Shown here: positions 1-13,300 of the stretch, in pieces
Position numbering within the stretch: position 1 is the first letter of the stretch
Layout: each line of letters starts with the position of its first letter
NCBI GenBank assembly: GCA_964016885.1
Contig: OZ024742.1
Location: forward strand, 302,436,001 to 302,500,000
Source: Eledone cirrhosa
Lineage: Eukaryota
DNA length: 64,000 bases
Reading direction: 5' to 3'
Translations under genes and position numbers: made by a program
Notes under the pieces: generated by a model
What the model was told of the DNA's origin: nothing
Database searches by the model: none
Seen by the model: only the letters and a program-made list of their open reading frames with translations

Positions 1-80
1 GCGAAGAAATACCTATGGTTCCTAGCAGACAACTGACGGTGGATATTAATTACCCTTTTTCACCCGTAACTTTTATTTTC

Positions 81-123
<43 letters not shown>

Positions 124-331
124 CGTTTCTGAATTTGTTTAGCAAGATTCTTTATCTGAAAACGTGTGTTGAAACCGATATTGTTATACTTTGGGAGGGT
201 CATGTTGCCAATAAGAAACACACGCACCAGTTACTTTTACTTCAATTTATTATAATAAATTTATAAATTTAGGAATTTATAAATTTCCGGTTGGTTGGTT
301 GGTTCCACAACCAGATGGTTGTTTATATATT

Positions 332-374
332 GTCAAAGTTCTTTCGTCACACATTCTGTGACCTCTTCAGTGAC
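332..374 (-). ncRNA. Minimal type I hammerhead ribozyme motif (PLE-associated)
   Basis: Minus strand reads GUCA-CUGAAGA-G-GUCACA(GAAUG)UGUGAC-GAAA-GAAC-UU-UGAC: 4-bp stem I, 6-bp stem II, intact CUGANGA and GAAA core. Confidence 0.7.
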
Positions 375-571
375 TGGGGATTCTTTTCTTTGTTTTTGTG
401 CCTCTCCTTTGTTCTGTCCTACGCCATCTTGTTTCTGTGTGTGTGTTGTGTGCTCAGTCTGCGCATGCGCCACATCCGGGTGTCTGTGTGTGTTTATATT
501 CGTTTATTTATTTGTTTATTTACATGTTACTGATTGGTTGTTTGTTCTATGTGTGTGTTTTCATTCTGTCC

Positions 572-790
572 TTAATTGTAAGTTGTGATGTTGCTGTTCC
601 ACTCATGTTTTCTATTTAATTTTGGTTGGAGTTCATTTATATTTATTGCCTCTGTGATTTGTCTAAACATTGCGTCTTTTCTGTGTGTAGATTCTATTTT
701 TATTTCTATGTTCTTTAATTTACCCTTATGTTCTATTTTAGCATGTTGGTAGAGTACAGATGATTCTTTACTATCGTTTGCTTTTTACCC
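572..790 (-). pseudogene. Penelope-like element, C-terminal GIY-YIG endonuclease fragment
   Basis: Manual minus-strand translation gives KESSVLYQHAKIEHKGK...RKDAMFRQITEAININELQPKLNRKHEWNSNITTYN*, matching the S-L-H-H / R-EA-I-P-LN C-terminal pattern of PLE GIY-YIG domains. A hammerhead motif lies just downstream. Confidence 0.7.
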
Positions 791-835
791 CTTTGAATTG
801 AAGTTTACCGTTTCTACAGATTATAGATAATATAA

Positions 836-1020
836 TTGTTTCTACTTTAGGCACAAGGCCAGAAATTACTCAGTGCATTACTGGTACTTTATTTTATCGA
901 CCCCGTAAGGATGAAAGGCAAGTCAACCTCGGCGGGATTTGAACTCAGACCGTAAAGGGACGTAACTATGCTGGAAAGCATGGCGTCCGACCCTCTACCG
1001 ATACTGCCAATCCACCGCCT
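836..1020 (-). mobile_element. tRNA-derived SINE (family A), full length, with flanking direct repeat
   Basis: A-box TGGCAGTATCGG and B-box GAGTTCAAATCC on the minus strand; near-identical to other copies in the window. 21-bp direct repeat ACAGATTATAGATAATATAAT at 816-836 and 1028-1048. Confidence 0.9.
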
Positions 1021-1884
1021 ATAATCCACAGATTATAGATAATATAATATAGGATAGAACCTCCCTTAATGCCGTGCGTACACGCCTGACTGGCTTGGCA
1101 TCCCCAGGTTAGTCTGCCTTCTTCCCCTTCCCCCTTATATTTCGGCCTGTTTATCACCCCACCGCCATGAAGGTAATAAACTATGTACACGACATCCTAG
1201 ATCACTGACCACTCCCCGTGACGGACAAGAAAAACAACAAACTTTTATGACTTTTTGCTTAGATTTATTTTTCTTTTTTTCTTTGACTGCATGCCCATAT
1301 ATGGACTGTACCCCTTGATAAGTTCAGCTGGATTCCCGCCGTTCCAATACTGCTGGCTCAGTTCGGATCTAGCTGTCGTAAATATTGAGTGTGAAGAATC
1401 AGAGAAGTGAGGCTGAGTGGAGAAGAGGATGAAAGGGAGAGGAAGAAAAGAGGAAAGAATCAGAGATAATTATTAGGCCTTATATTTCAGATATACCGTC
1501 CATTGTCATGGTATCTGAAGTGAACCACGGGGAATGTCGGAGAGGACCTTTTTGTGCCTCTGTGTGGCTCGTGTTGGAGTTAGAAATTGAATATTCAAAG
1601 GTGAGAGAGCACTCAAGCTGAGATATGTGAAGGTTTAACTTCCAATAAAATATAAGCGTTTACACGTATGCACACCGATACACACGAATACCCCCTACAC
1701 GCACACAAATACACACAAACATACACACAAACACATTATACGTATTTTAAATGTTCCTGAATGTGTACGTATCTAATTCACCATACATATAAGTATAAAT
1801 ATGCGTAAATGCCTGTGCCAACATTTGTATGAATTCGTCTAAATGTGTAGGAGTGTACGCGCACTCGTGTGTATGTGTGAGTGA

Positions 1885-2040
1885 ATGAATGCGTGCATGT
1901 TCATGTATGTATGTATGTATGTATGTATGTATGTATGTATGTATGTATGTATGTATGCATGCATGTATATATAAGTATGTATGTATGTGTGCATGTATGT
2001 ATGTATATATGTATTTATATATGTATGTGTATTTGTATGT
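1885..2040. repeat. (TATG)n microsatellite
   Basis: Directly visible. Confidence 0.95.
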
Positions 2041-2559
2041 ATCTAAACGTTTACAAGTGGTTACGGATTCTAACTGACTTGTGTAATCTTTCTAATTCAC
2101 TAAATATGTCCATTGAACATACGGTAACCATAGCCCGGAAGTCAACTATTCTAGCGAAATAGAGATAAAAACGAGGCTACATGCCTGGAGAAGTAAACCA
2201 TGGTAAATTAATCTGCATCCGGTTACGACGAAACACTTGATCGACTGAAACAATTCAAGGGCGAAAGCTATGAAAATATAAACACAGCAATCTAGTTATA
2301 ATTAAATTTCCATCAAATTTTTACCTTTCATTTTTCAACCACTTTCTCTAAAATATGTGTTCTCTGTTATTACACTGTTATTTTACTTTTCTTTATAATC
2401 CCTCCCTTTCTAAGCCAACCATTTTATATAGATTTTCTATTTAACTTTTCCCCATATTTGTGGTTTTTAAAAAAAAAGAAATCTTCTCTGTGCATCTTTT
2501 TATTTTCACTTCAATTGATAATTCTTATTTTTCCATCATCTAAACTTTCTGCCAAATCA

Positions 2560-2578
2560 TCTCTCCCTCTCTCTAACG

Positions 2579-2662
<84 letters not shown>

Positions 2663-3109
2663 TCTCTCTATTCTCATACTCTATCAATTCCATCTCTCTA
2701 CCCCCTCTCCCTTTCTATTCTTACATTCTATCAATCTCATCTCTCTCCCTCTCTCTCTTTCTTTCTATTCTCACACTCTATCAATCCCATCTCTCTCCCA
2801 AACGTCTCTTCCTCTGTCACACACATCTATGTCTTTATCTTCTACAACTCTCTCTTCACTTCCTCTCCTATTCTATTCTTCTCTTTCTTCATCTCTCTCT
2901 TTCTTTCACTCCTATCTTTCTCTCTCTACCCCTCTATTTCTCTATTTCTCCCTTTCCCTGTTTCTCTTCCCTCTCTCGCTCTGTCTTTTAATCTATTTCT
3001 AGATCTCTTGATTTCTAAGTTCATTCAATATATGTATTCTATTAACCAATTCAATTTATTCTTTAACGCCAACTTAGAACCCCTTCTTACAAATACATGT
3101 ACGCATATA

Positions 3110-3180
<71 letters not shown>

Positions 3181-3250
3181 GCATATATATATATATAGAC
3201 ACATATGCACACAAATGCACACACACAAACACACATACACCCATACAAAC
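2560..3250. repeat. (TC)n/pyrimidine-rich tract and (CA)n microsatellite
   Basis: Directly visible. Confidence 0.9.
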
Positions 3251-3259
3251 ACATGTGTA

Positions 3260-3900
3260 TTGAGAGCCTTTTGTTTGTTCTATTTTAAGGATTTAGTGTT
3301 TACGTTTGTGTATGGAGCAGCAGCACTGTCCAACTTATGGCGGCAGTGTTTTATTGTGAGTCTGTCTTGAGATTTGTAACGAGTCAGCAACTGTTCGGAG
3401 TTGAAGTATCTTCTGACTTTGATTAGTTCTATAATGTGTGTGAAGAGGGTTTGTCTTTATGATGTTAAAAGTGACACGATTTTTTCTCCGTTGAAGGATA
3501 TTTTTGAGGTATTTATTCATGGATGCAGTGCAAATTTAATGGGATCTCTCCTGGTTAAATGTTGATGATAGCCATCCATAGAAGATTTGTGTTAGAAAAG
3601 GCAAAAAATAGGTTGTTAATGTAGAGAAGAAAGGGTGTAGTTGACTTAAACTAACACTAGGACATATAAGAGATCAGAAAGAGTTACATCAGAGTATGAT
3701 GTGGTCGTACAATCTGACATTAAAGTCCTAATTTTAGAAACGGTGGATGTATACCACCCATAAGCATGAATCATGCAGTTTCCATTCAGTAATATGCCAC
3801 GGACGGGCTATTGGTGTTGTTTCCTCAAAGTCATGTTTAGATATGAATTAGTACAATCACTTTCACATCAACATCACAAAGGGCCATTGCAAAAGGCCAC
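3260..3900 (-). mobile_element. Highly decayed CR1/Jockey-group (Zenon-like) LINE RT remnant
   Basis: Scattered minus-strand peptides ISKHDFE (~DISKAFD), FLLYINNL (~FLLYINDL) and VRRYFNSEQLLTRYKSQDRLTIKHCRH (~RRYF..QLL.LYKAQIRP.LEYC.H); many stops and indels. Confidence 0.55.
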
Positions 3901-4599
3901 CACAACCTAGCCATTGGTTGAAGATAACTCCAACCTTACATCTTCCTTGCCATATTTAACTAATTTCTAATTAGTGATTGAGGGCACCATCCACACGAAA
4001 CAATGGCTAAGTAACACCCAACAAAATGTGGTGGGCAAAAGAAAAAAAAAATTCTTGGTTCATCTAATATTCCAGGAACGTAGACGGAGGCATGTATGTG
4101 TGTATGTGTGTTTGTGTATGTATGTGTTTGTGTGTGTATATGTGCGTATGTTTGTGTGTGCGCCCATGCGTCTATGTGTGTGTGTTTGTATGTGTAGTGT
4201 GTGTGTGTGTGTATATGCGAGTGTGTATGTATTTGTATATATATGTGCATATGTTTGTGTGTGCGCCCATGCGTGTATGTGTGTGTGTTTGTATGTGCGT
4301 GTGTGTGTGTGTGCATGTAAATGTGTATGTATTTGTATATATATGTGTGTATGTTTGTGTGTGTGTGTAAATGTGTGTCTGCGAACAGTGTCGTACTTGG
4401 TGATACATTAAAGAACCAGTGACAACGTTAGAAACAATCCAAATACTATCTAAACAGATGAAAAGGGAACCAACTGGTAGAGCTGCAAATCTAAGTCGTT
4501 AGTGCTTACTATTAAAATAATACCTACTGTAACTATTAACTCTTACTATTAAAATAATATCTATAGTTTAACTCTTGATAACCTTTACTATTAAAATAA

Positions 4600-4985
4600 T
4601 TGTTTCTATTTTAGGCACAAGGCCAGCAATTACCCAGTACATTACTGGTACTTTATTTTATCGACCCCGAAAGGATGAAAGGCAAAGTTAACCTCGGCGA
4701 GATTTGAATTCAGATCATAAAGGGACGTAACTCTATGCTTCAAAGCATGGTGTCCGACTCTCTACCGATACTGCCAATCCACTAAAATAATGGTTTCTGG
4801 TTTAGGCACAAGGCTAACGATTTGGTGGGGGTGGGAAAGTCGTTTAAATCAACCCCAGTGCATTACTGGTGCTTTATCTTATCGACCAGCGTACTGATGA
4901 AAGGCAAAGTTAACCTCCGCGGGATTTGAACTCAGAACGTAAATGGTGTAACTCTATGCCACGAAGCATGGTGTCCGATTCTGCC
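4600..4985 (-). mobile_element. Two tandem family A SINEs (4600-4782, 4790-4985)
   Basis: Both match the 836-1020 copy. They interrupt a short AT-rich tandem repeat (TTACTATTAAAATAAT...). Confidence 0.88.
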
Positions 4986-5194
4986 ATAATATCTATAGTT
5001 TAACACTTAATAATCTTTACTGTTAAAATAATATCTAGTTTAACTCCTAAAATCTGTAACGATTTAGTAGAAAATATATCTAAAAACATGTTTAATTCAA
5101 ATGTTTATAGTTTCTTTACTGCTGGACATATTGTCGAGAATTTGCAGTACTAGAGTAAATACATTAATTTTTAATGTGATGCAGTCATATTATA

Positions 5195-5365
5195 CCTGTG
5201 GGTAGCCAACTCTGTGCTGATGGTGGTGAGTATAGAGGTGGCCTTAGGGTCAAGGACACCAGAAGTCTCTCTTGCTACGGGCTCGACTGCAAACCTGTCG
5301 GAGAGTGACCGATATTTGGAGAGTTTATCCTCTTCGGCCCAAAGTGCAGCAGCAGAGCCTGGGTT
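5195..5365 (-). mobile_element. Fragment of restriction-like endonuclease domain from a CRE/NeSL-type non-LTR element
   Basis: Minus-strand translation NPGSAAALWAEEDKLSKYRSLSDRFAVEPVARETSGVLDPKA fits the E..K..KY...P.A.ET.G motif of RLE domains. Confidence 0.65.
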
Positions 5366-5659
5366 ATTTTTCTAAACTGTCTCTCTCTAATATGGTTTCA
5401 TGCGGTACAGGACGTTAAGAGAAACATATTGCATCCCTAATTATTTTAACATCACTGAAATGAAATTACATTTTTAATGTGCATCGATGTGCAATAGGTG
5501 AAGTTTGATATAAAACATAAATAGTTGAAGTTTTCATTGGTTTGTTTACATAACCCTCTACCAGCACCAGCATCAGCATCAGCAGCAACAGCACCAGCAG
5601 CAGTAGCATCATCACCATTACAAACCACCAGCACCAGCACCACCACCACCAGCACCAGC

Positions 5660-6400
5660 ACCAGCACCAGCACCACCACCACCAGCACCAACCACCACCA
5701 CAACCAGTACCACCAGTGCAAGCACCACCAACCTGCACCAGCACCACCGCCACCACCACCCGCACCAACCAGCACCACCACCACCAGCACCAACCACCAC
5801 CACAACCAGTACCACCAGTGCAAGCACCACCAACCAGCACCAGCACCAGCGCCACCACCACCAGCACCAACCAGCACCACCACCACCAGCACCAACCACC
5901 ACCACAACCAGTACCACCAGTGCAAGCACCACCAACCAGCACCAGCACCAGCGCCACCACCACCAGCACCAACCAGCACCACCACCACCAGCACCAACCA
6001 CCACCACAACCAGTACCACCAGTGCAAGCACCACCAACCAGCACCAGCACCAGCGCCACCACCACCAGCACCAACCACCACCACCACCACCAGCACCAAC
6101 CACCACCACAACCAGTACCACCAGTGCAAGCACCACCAACCACCACCAGCACCAGTACCACCAGCACCAGTACCAACCACCACCACCACCACCAGCACCA
6201 ACCACCACCACAACCAGTGCCACCAGTGCAAGCACCACCAACCAGCACCAGCACCAGCGCCACCACCACCAGCACCAACCACCACCACCACCACCAGCAC
6301 CAACCACCACCACAACCAGTACCACCAGTGCAAGCACCACCAACCACCACCAGCACCAGTACCACCAGCACCAGTACCAGCAGCAGCAGCAGTAGCAGCA
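5660..6400. repeat. ~102-bp C-rich minisatellite, 7 copies
   Basis: Marker GTGCAAGC recurs at ~5716, 5818, 5920, 6022, 6124, 6226 and 6328; embedded in CCA/GCA triplet DNA. Confidence 0.9.
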
Positions 6401-6559
6401 GCACCAACCACCAGCACCACCAACACCACCACCACCAGCAACAACAACAACAACCACCACAACCATCACCATCAACAACATCAAATCTCTGATCTGGCGA
6501 TGTTCATTCAAGCTTTCACAAAGATACTTTATTACTTCATTATTGGTTTTAGGTGGTAG

Positions 6560-6972
6560 TTGTGTTATTTTTGGGATACGGTGGGGTGTTGTTGTTGTTG
6601 TTGTTCATGGTGTTGTTCATGGTGTTGTTGTTGGAAAGGGGAGATTGGTTTTAAAGTTGTTGTTGTTGTTGTAGTTGTTGTTGGTTTTAAAAGTTGTGGA
6701 TGCTGTTGCTTTTGCTATTGCTGCTGTTGTTGTTGTTGTTGTTGTTGTTGTTGGCATTGGTGCTGTTGTTGTTCGTGGGGCAGCAGCAAAACAGCAGCAG
6801 CAGTAGTAGTAGTAGTAGTAGTGGTGGTAGTAGTATTAGTAGTAGTAGCAGTATTACTAGTAGTAGTAATAGAGATAGTAGTAGTAGTAGTAATAGTAGT
6901 AGTAAGTAGTAGTAGTACTAGTAGTAGTAGTACTAGTCGTAGTGGTAGTAGTAATAACAGTAGTAGTAGTAA

Positions 6973-7019
<47 letters not shown>

Positions 7020-7330
7020 ATAGTAGTAGTAGTAGTAGTAGTAGTAGTAATTGGTGGTGGATATTTTTTATTGATTATGTTTATGGTAATTATATAGTTG
7101 TTGTTGTTGTTGTTATTAGTGGTGATGGTGGTGGAGGTGGGGATGATGGTAGTGATGGTGGTGGTGGTGGGGATGATGGTAGCGATGGTGGTGGAGGTGG
7201 GGATGATGGTAGTGATGGTGGTGGTGGGAAGTCTTCTAATAATGGTGGACGTAGTATTTATATTGGTGTGTTGATGCTAGTATTGATAATGTTTGTGGTG
7301 GTAGTGATTATAATGATGGTGATGGTATTT
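6560..7330. repeat. Compound triplet low-complexity tract (GTT, GTA, GGT/GAT)
   Basis: Directly visible. Confidence 0.85.
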
Positions 7331-10300
7331 GTGGTGGTGTTGGTGGTGTTGGTGGAGTTGGTGGAGTTGGTGGAGTTGGTGGAGTTGGTGGAGTTGGTGG
7401 TGTTGGTGGTGTTGCTGGAGTTGGTGGAGTTGGTGGAGTTGGTGGTGTTGGTGGAGGTGGTGTTGGTGGTGTTGGTGGTGTTGGTGGAGTTGGTGGTGTT
7501 GCTGGAGTTGGTGGAGTTGGTGGTGTTGGTGGAGGTGGTGTTGGTGGTGTTGGTGGAGTTGGTGGTGTTGGTGGTGTTGCTGGAGTTGGTGGAGTTGGTG
7601 GTGTTGGTGGAGGTGGTGTTGGTGGTGTTGGTGGTGTTGGTGGAGTTGGTGTTGGTGGTGTTGGTGGTGTTGGTGGAGTTGGTGGAGTTGGTGGTGTTGG
7701 TGGAGGTGGTGTTGGTGGTGTTGGTGGTGTTGGTGGTGTTGGTGGTGTTGCTGGAGTTGGTGGAGTTGGTGGTGTTGGTGGAGGTGGTGTTGGTGGTGTT
7801 GGTGGAGTTGGTGGTGTTGGTGGTGTTGCTGGAGTTGGTGGAGTTGGTGGTGTTGGTGGAGGTGGTGTTGGTGGTGTTGGTGGTGTTGGTGGAGTTGGTG
7901 TTGGTGGTGTTGGTGGTGTTGGTGGAGTTGGTGGAGTTGGTGGTGTTGGTGGAGTTGGTGGTGTTGGTGGTGTTGCTGGAGTTGGTGGAGTTGGTGGTGT
8001 TGGTGGAGGTGGTGTTGGTGGTGTTGGTGGTGTTGGTGGAGTTGGTGGAGTTGGTGGTGTTGGTGGAGGTGGTGTTGGTGGTGTTGGTGGTGTTGGTGGA
8101 GTTGGTGTTGGTGGTGTTGGTGGTGTTGGTGGAGTTGGTGGAGTTGGTGGAGTTGGTGGAGTTGGTGGTGTTGGTGGTGTTGCTGGAGTTGGTGGAGTTG
8201 GTGGTGTTGGTGGAGGTGGTGTTGGTGGTGTTGGTGGTGTTGGTGGAGTTGGTGTTGGTGGTGTTGGTGGAGTTGGTGGAGTTGGTGGAGTTGGTGGTGT
8301 TGGTGGTGTTGCTGGAGTTGGTGGAGTTGGTGGTGTTGGTGGAGGTGGTGTTGGTGGTGTTGGTGGTGTTGGTGGAGTTGGTGTTGGTGGTGTTGGTGGA
8401 GTTGGTGGAGTTGGTGGAGTTGGTGGTGTTGGTGGAGTTGGTGGTGTTGGTGGTGTTGGTGGTGTTGGTGGAGTTGGTGGAGTTGGTGGTGTTGGTGGTG
8501 TTGGTGGAGTTGGTGGAGTTGGTGGAGTTGGTGGTGTTGGTGGTGTTGGTGGAGTTGGTGGAGTTGGTGGAGTTGGTGGTGTTGGTGGAGTTGGTGGTGT
8601 TGGTGGTGTTGGTGGTGTTGGTGGAGTTGGTGGAGTTGGTGGTGTTGGTGGAGTTGGTGGAGTTGGTGGAGTTGGTGGTGTTGGTGGAGTTGGTGGTGTT
8701 GGTGGTGTTGGTGGAGTTGGTGGAGTTGGTGGAGTTGGTGGAGTTGGTGGAGTTGGTGGTGTTGGTGGTGTTGGTGGAGTTGGTGGAGTTGGTGGAGTTG
8801 GTGGTGTTGGTGGAGTTGGTGGTGTTGGTGGTGTTGGTGGTGTTGGTGGAGTTGGTGGAGTTGGTGGAGTTGGTGGTGTTGGTGGTGTTGGTGGTGTTGG
8901 TGGAGTTGGTGGTGTTGGTGGAGGTGGTGTTGGTGGTGTTGGTGGTGTTGGTGGAGTTGGTGTTGGTGGTGTTGGTGGTGTTGGTGGAGTTGGTGGAGTT
9001 GGTGGTGTTGGTGGAGGTGGTGTTGGTGGTGTTGGTGGAGTTGGTGGAGTTGGTGGTGTTGGTGGAGGTGGTGGAGTTGGTGGAGTTGGTGGAGTTGGTG
9101 GAGTTGGTGGTGTTGGTGGTGTTGGTGGTGTTGGTGGAGTTGGTGGTGTTGGTGGAGGTGGTGTTGGTGGTGTTGGTGGTGTTGGTGGAGTTGGTGTTGG
9201 TGGTGTTGGTGGTGTTGGTGGAGTTGGTGGAGTTGGTGGTGTTGGTGGAGGTGGTGTTGGTGGTGTTGGTGGTGTTGGTGGAGTTGGTGTTGGTGGTGTT
9301 GGTGGTGTTGGTGGAGTTGGTGGAGTTGGTGGTGTTGGTGGAGGTGGTGTTGGTGGTGTTGGTGGTGTTGGTGGAGTTGGTGTTGGTGGTGTTGGTGGTG
9401 TTGGTGGAGTTGGTGGTGTTGGTGGAGGTGGAGTTGGTGGTGTTGGTGGTGTTGGTGGAGTTGGTGTTGGTGGTGTTGGTGGTGTTGGTGGAGTTGGTGG
9501 AGTTGGTGGTGTTGGTGGAGGTGGTGTTGGTGGTGTTGGTGGTGTTGGTGGAGTTGGTGTTGGTGGTGTTGGTGGTGTTGGTGGAGTTGGTGGAGTTGGT
9601 GGTGTTGGTGGAGTTGGTGGAGTTGGTGGTGTTGGTGGTGTTGGTGGTGTTGGTGGAGTTGTTGGAGTTGGTGGTGTTGGTGGAGTTGGTGGTGTTGGTG
9701 GAGTTGGTGGAGTTGGTGGAGTTGGTGGTGTTGGTGGTGTTGGTGGAGTTGGTGGAGTTGGTGGTGTTGGTGGTGTTGGTGGAGTTGGTGGAGTTGGTGG
9801 AGTTGGTGGAGTTGGTGGAGTTGGTGGTGTTGGTGGTGTTGGTGGTGTTGGTGGAGTTGGTGGAGTTGGTGGAGTTGGTGGAGTTGGTGGAGTTGGTGGT
9901 GTTGGTGGTGTTGCTGGAGTTGGTGGAGTTGGTGGAGTTGGTGGTGTTGGTGGAGTTGGTGGTGTTGGTGGTGTTGGTGGTGTTGGTGGAGTTGGTGGAG
10001 TTGGTGGTGTTGGTGGTGTTGGTGGTGTTGGTGGAGTTGGTGGAGTTGGTGGTGTTGGTGGTGTTGGTGGAGTTGGTGGAGTTGGTGGTGTTGGTGGAGT
10101 TGGTGGAGTTGGTGGTGTTGGTGGTGTTGCTGGAGTTGGTGGAGTTGGTGGAGTTGGTGGTGTTGGTGGAGTTGGTGGTGTTGGTGGTGTTGGTGGTGTT
10201 GGTGGAGTTGGTGGAGTTGGTGGAGTTGGTGGTGTTGGTGGTGTTGGTGGAGTTGGTGGAGTTGGTGGTGTTGGTGGAGTTGGTGGAGTTGGTGGTGTTG

Positions 10301-13300
10301 GTGGTGTTGGTGGTGTTGGTGGAGTTGGTGGAGTTGGTGGAGTTGGTGGAGTTGGTGGAGTTGGTGGTGTTGGTGGTGTTGCTGGAGTTGGTGGAGTTGG
10401 TGGAGTTGGTGGTGTTGGTGGAGTTGGTGGTGTTGGTGGTGTTGGTGGTGTTGGTGGAGTTGGTGGAGTTGGTGGTGTTGGTGGTGTTGGTGGAGTTGGT
10501 GGAGTTGGTGGAGTTGGTGGAGTTGGTGGTGTTGGTGGAGTTGGTGGTGTTGGTGGAGGTGGTGTTGGTGGTGTTGGTGGTGTTGGTGGAGTTGGTGTTG
10601 GTGGTGTTGGTGGAGTTGGTGGAGTTGGTGGAGTTGGTGGTGTTGGTGGTGTTGCTGAAGTTGGTGGAGTTGGTGGAGTTGGTGGAGTTGGTGGAGTTGG
10701 TGGTGTTGCTGAAGTTGGTGGAGTTGGTGGAGTTGGTGGAGTTGGTGGAGTTGGTGGAGTTGGTGGAGTTGGTGGAGTTGGTGGAGTTGTTGGAGTTGGT
10801 GGAGTTGGTGGAGTTGGTGGTGTTGGTGGTGTTGGTGGTGTTGGTGGAGTTGGTGGTGTTGGTGGAGTTGGTGGAGTTGGTGGAGTTGGTGGAGTTGGTG
10901 GAGTTGGTGGAGTTGGTGGAGTTGGTGGTGTTGCTGAAGTTGGTGGAGTTGGTGGAGTTGGTGGAGTTGGTGGTGTTGGTGGTGTTGGTGGTGTTGGTGG
11001 AGTTGGTGGTGTTGCTGAAGTTGGTGGAGTTGGTGGAGTTGGTGGTGTTGCTGAAGTTGGTGGAGTTGGTGGAGTTGGTGGAGTTGGTGGTGTTGGTGGA
11101 GTTGGTGGTGTTGCTGAAGTTGGTGGAGTTGGTGGAGTTGGTGGAGTTGGTGGAGTTGGTGGAGTTGGTGGAGTTGGTGGAGTTGGTGGAGTTGTTGGAG
11201 GTGGTGTTGGTGGTGTTGGTGGTGTTGGTGGAGTTGGTGTTGGTGGTGTTGGTGGAGTTGGTGGAGTTGGTGGTGTTGGTGGAGTTGGTGGTGTTGGTGG
11301 AGGTGGTGTTGGTGGTGTTGGTGGTGTTGGTGGAGTTGGTGTTGGTGGTGTTGGTGGAGTTGGTGGAGTTGGTGGAGTTGGTGGTGTTGGTGGTGTTGCT
11401 GAAGTTGGTGGAGTTGGTGGAGTTGGTGGAGTTGGTGGAGTTGGTGGTGTTGCTGAAGTTGGTGGAGTTGGTGGAGTTGGTGGAGTTGGTGGAGTTGGTG
11501 GAGTTGGTGGAGTTGGTGGAGTTGGTGGAGTTGTTGGAGTTGGTGGAGTTGGTGGAGTTGGTGGTGTTGGTGGTGTTGGTGGTGTTGGTGGAGTTGGTGG
11601 TGTTGGTGGAGTTGGTGGAGTTGGTGGAGTTGGTGGAGTTGGTGGAGTTGGTGGAGTTGGTGGAGTTGGTGGTGTTGCTGAAGTTGGTGGAGTTGGTGGA
11701 GTTGGTGGAGTTGGTGGTGTTGGTGGTGTTGGTGGTGTTGGTGGAGTTGGTGGTGTTGCTGAAGTTGGTGGAGTTGGTGGAGTTGGTGGTGTTGCTGAAG
11801 TTGGTGGAGTTGGTGGAGTTGGTGGAGTTGGTGGTGTTGGTGGAGTTGGTGGTGTTGCTGAAGTTGGTGGAGTTGGTGGAGTTGGTGGAGTTGGTGGTGT
11901 TGGTGGTGTTGGTGGTGTTGGTGGAGTTGGTGGTGTTGGTGGAGTTGGTGGAGTTGGTGGAGTTGGTGGTGTTGCTGAAGTTGGTGGAGTTGGTGGAGTT
12001 GGTGGAGTTGGTGGAGTTGGTGGAGTTGGTGGTGTTGGTGGAGTTGGTGGAGTTGGTGGTGTTGGTGGTGTTGGTGGTGTTGGTGGTGTTGGTGGAGTTG
12101 GTGGAGTTGGTGGTGTTGCTGAAGTTGGTGGAGTTGGTGGAGTTGGTGGAGTTGGTGGAGTTGGTGGAGTTGGTGGAGTTGGTGGAGTTGGTGGAGTTGG
12201 TGGAGTTGGTGGTGTTGGTGGTGTTGGTGGTGTTGGTGGAGTTGGTGGTGTTGCTGAAGTTGGTGGAGTTGGTGGAGTTGGTGGAGTTGGTGGTGTTGCT
12301 GAAGTTGGTGGTGTTGGTGGAGTTGGTGGTGTTGCTGAAGTTGGTGGAGTTGGTGGAGTTGGTGGAGTTGGTGGTGTTGGTGGTGTTGGTGGTGTTGGTG
12401 GAGTTGGTGGTGTTGGTGGAGTTGGTGGAGTTGGTGGAGTTGGTGGTGTTGCTGAAGTTGGTGGAGTTGGTGGTGTTGGTGGTGTTGGTGGAGTTGGTGG
12501 AGTTGGTGGTGTTGGTGGAGTTGGTGGTGTTGGTGGTGTTGGTGGTGTTGGTGGAGTTGGTGGTGTTGGTGGTGTTGCTGGAGTTGGTGGAGTTGGTGGA
12601 GTTGGTGGAGTTGGTGGTGTTGCTGAAGTTGGTGGAGTTGGTGGAGTTGGTGGAGTTGGTGGTGTTGGTGGTGTTGGTGGTGTTGGTGGAGTTGGTGGTG
12701 TTGGTGGTGTTGGTGGTGTTGGTGGAGTTGGTGGAGTTGGTGGTGTTGGTGGAGTTGGTGGAGTTGGTGGTGTTGGTGGTGTTGGTGGTGTTGGTGGAGT
12801 TGGTGGAGTTGGTGGTGTTGGTGGTGTTGCTGGAGTTGGTGGAGTTGGTGGAGTTGGTGGAGTTGGTGGTGTTGCTGAAGTTGGTGGAGTTGGTGGTGTT
12901 GCTGAAGTTGGTGGAGTTGGTGGAGTTGGTGGAGTTGGTGGTGTTGGTGGTGTTGGTGGAGTTGGTGGAGTTGGTGGTGTTGGTGGAGTTGGTGGAGTTG
13001 GTGGTGTTGGTGGTGTTGGTGGTGTTGGTGGAGTTGGTGGAGTTGGTGGAGTTGGTGGAGTTGGTGGTGTTGGTGGAGTTGGTGGAGTTGGTGGTGTTTG
13101 TGGTGTTGGTGGAGTTGGTGGTGTTGGTGGTGTTGGTGGTGTTGGTGGAGTTGGTGGAGTTGGTGGTGTTGGTGGTGTTGGTGGAGTAGGTGGTGTTTGT
13201 GGTGTTGGTGGAGTTGGTGGTGTTGGTGGTGTTGGTGGTGTTTGTGGAGTTGGTGGAGTTGGTGGAGTTGGTGGAGTTGGTGGAGTTGGTGGAGTTGGTG

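Noticed and set aside
1050-1226. Possible solo LTR (AATAAA, ends ..GACA)
   Set aside because: No clear 5' TG boundary, TSD or second copy.
5452-6559. His/Pro/Thr-rich ORFs over the 102-bp repeat
   Set aside because: Several frames on both strands are open because of CCA triplets; no start or splice support.
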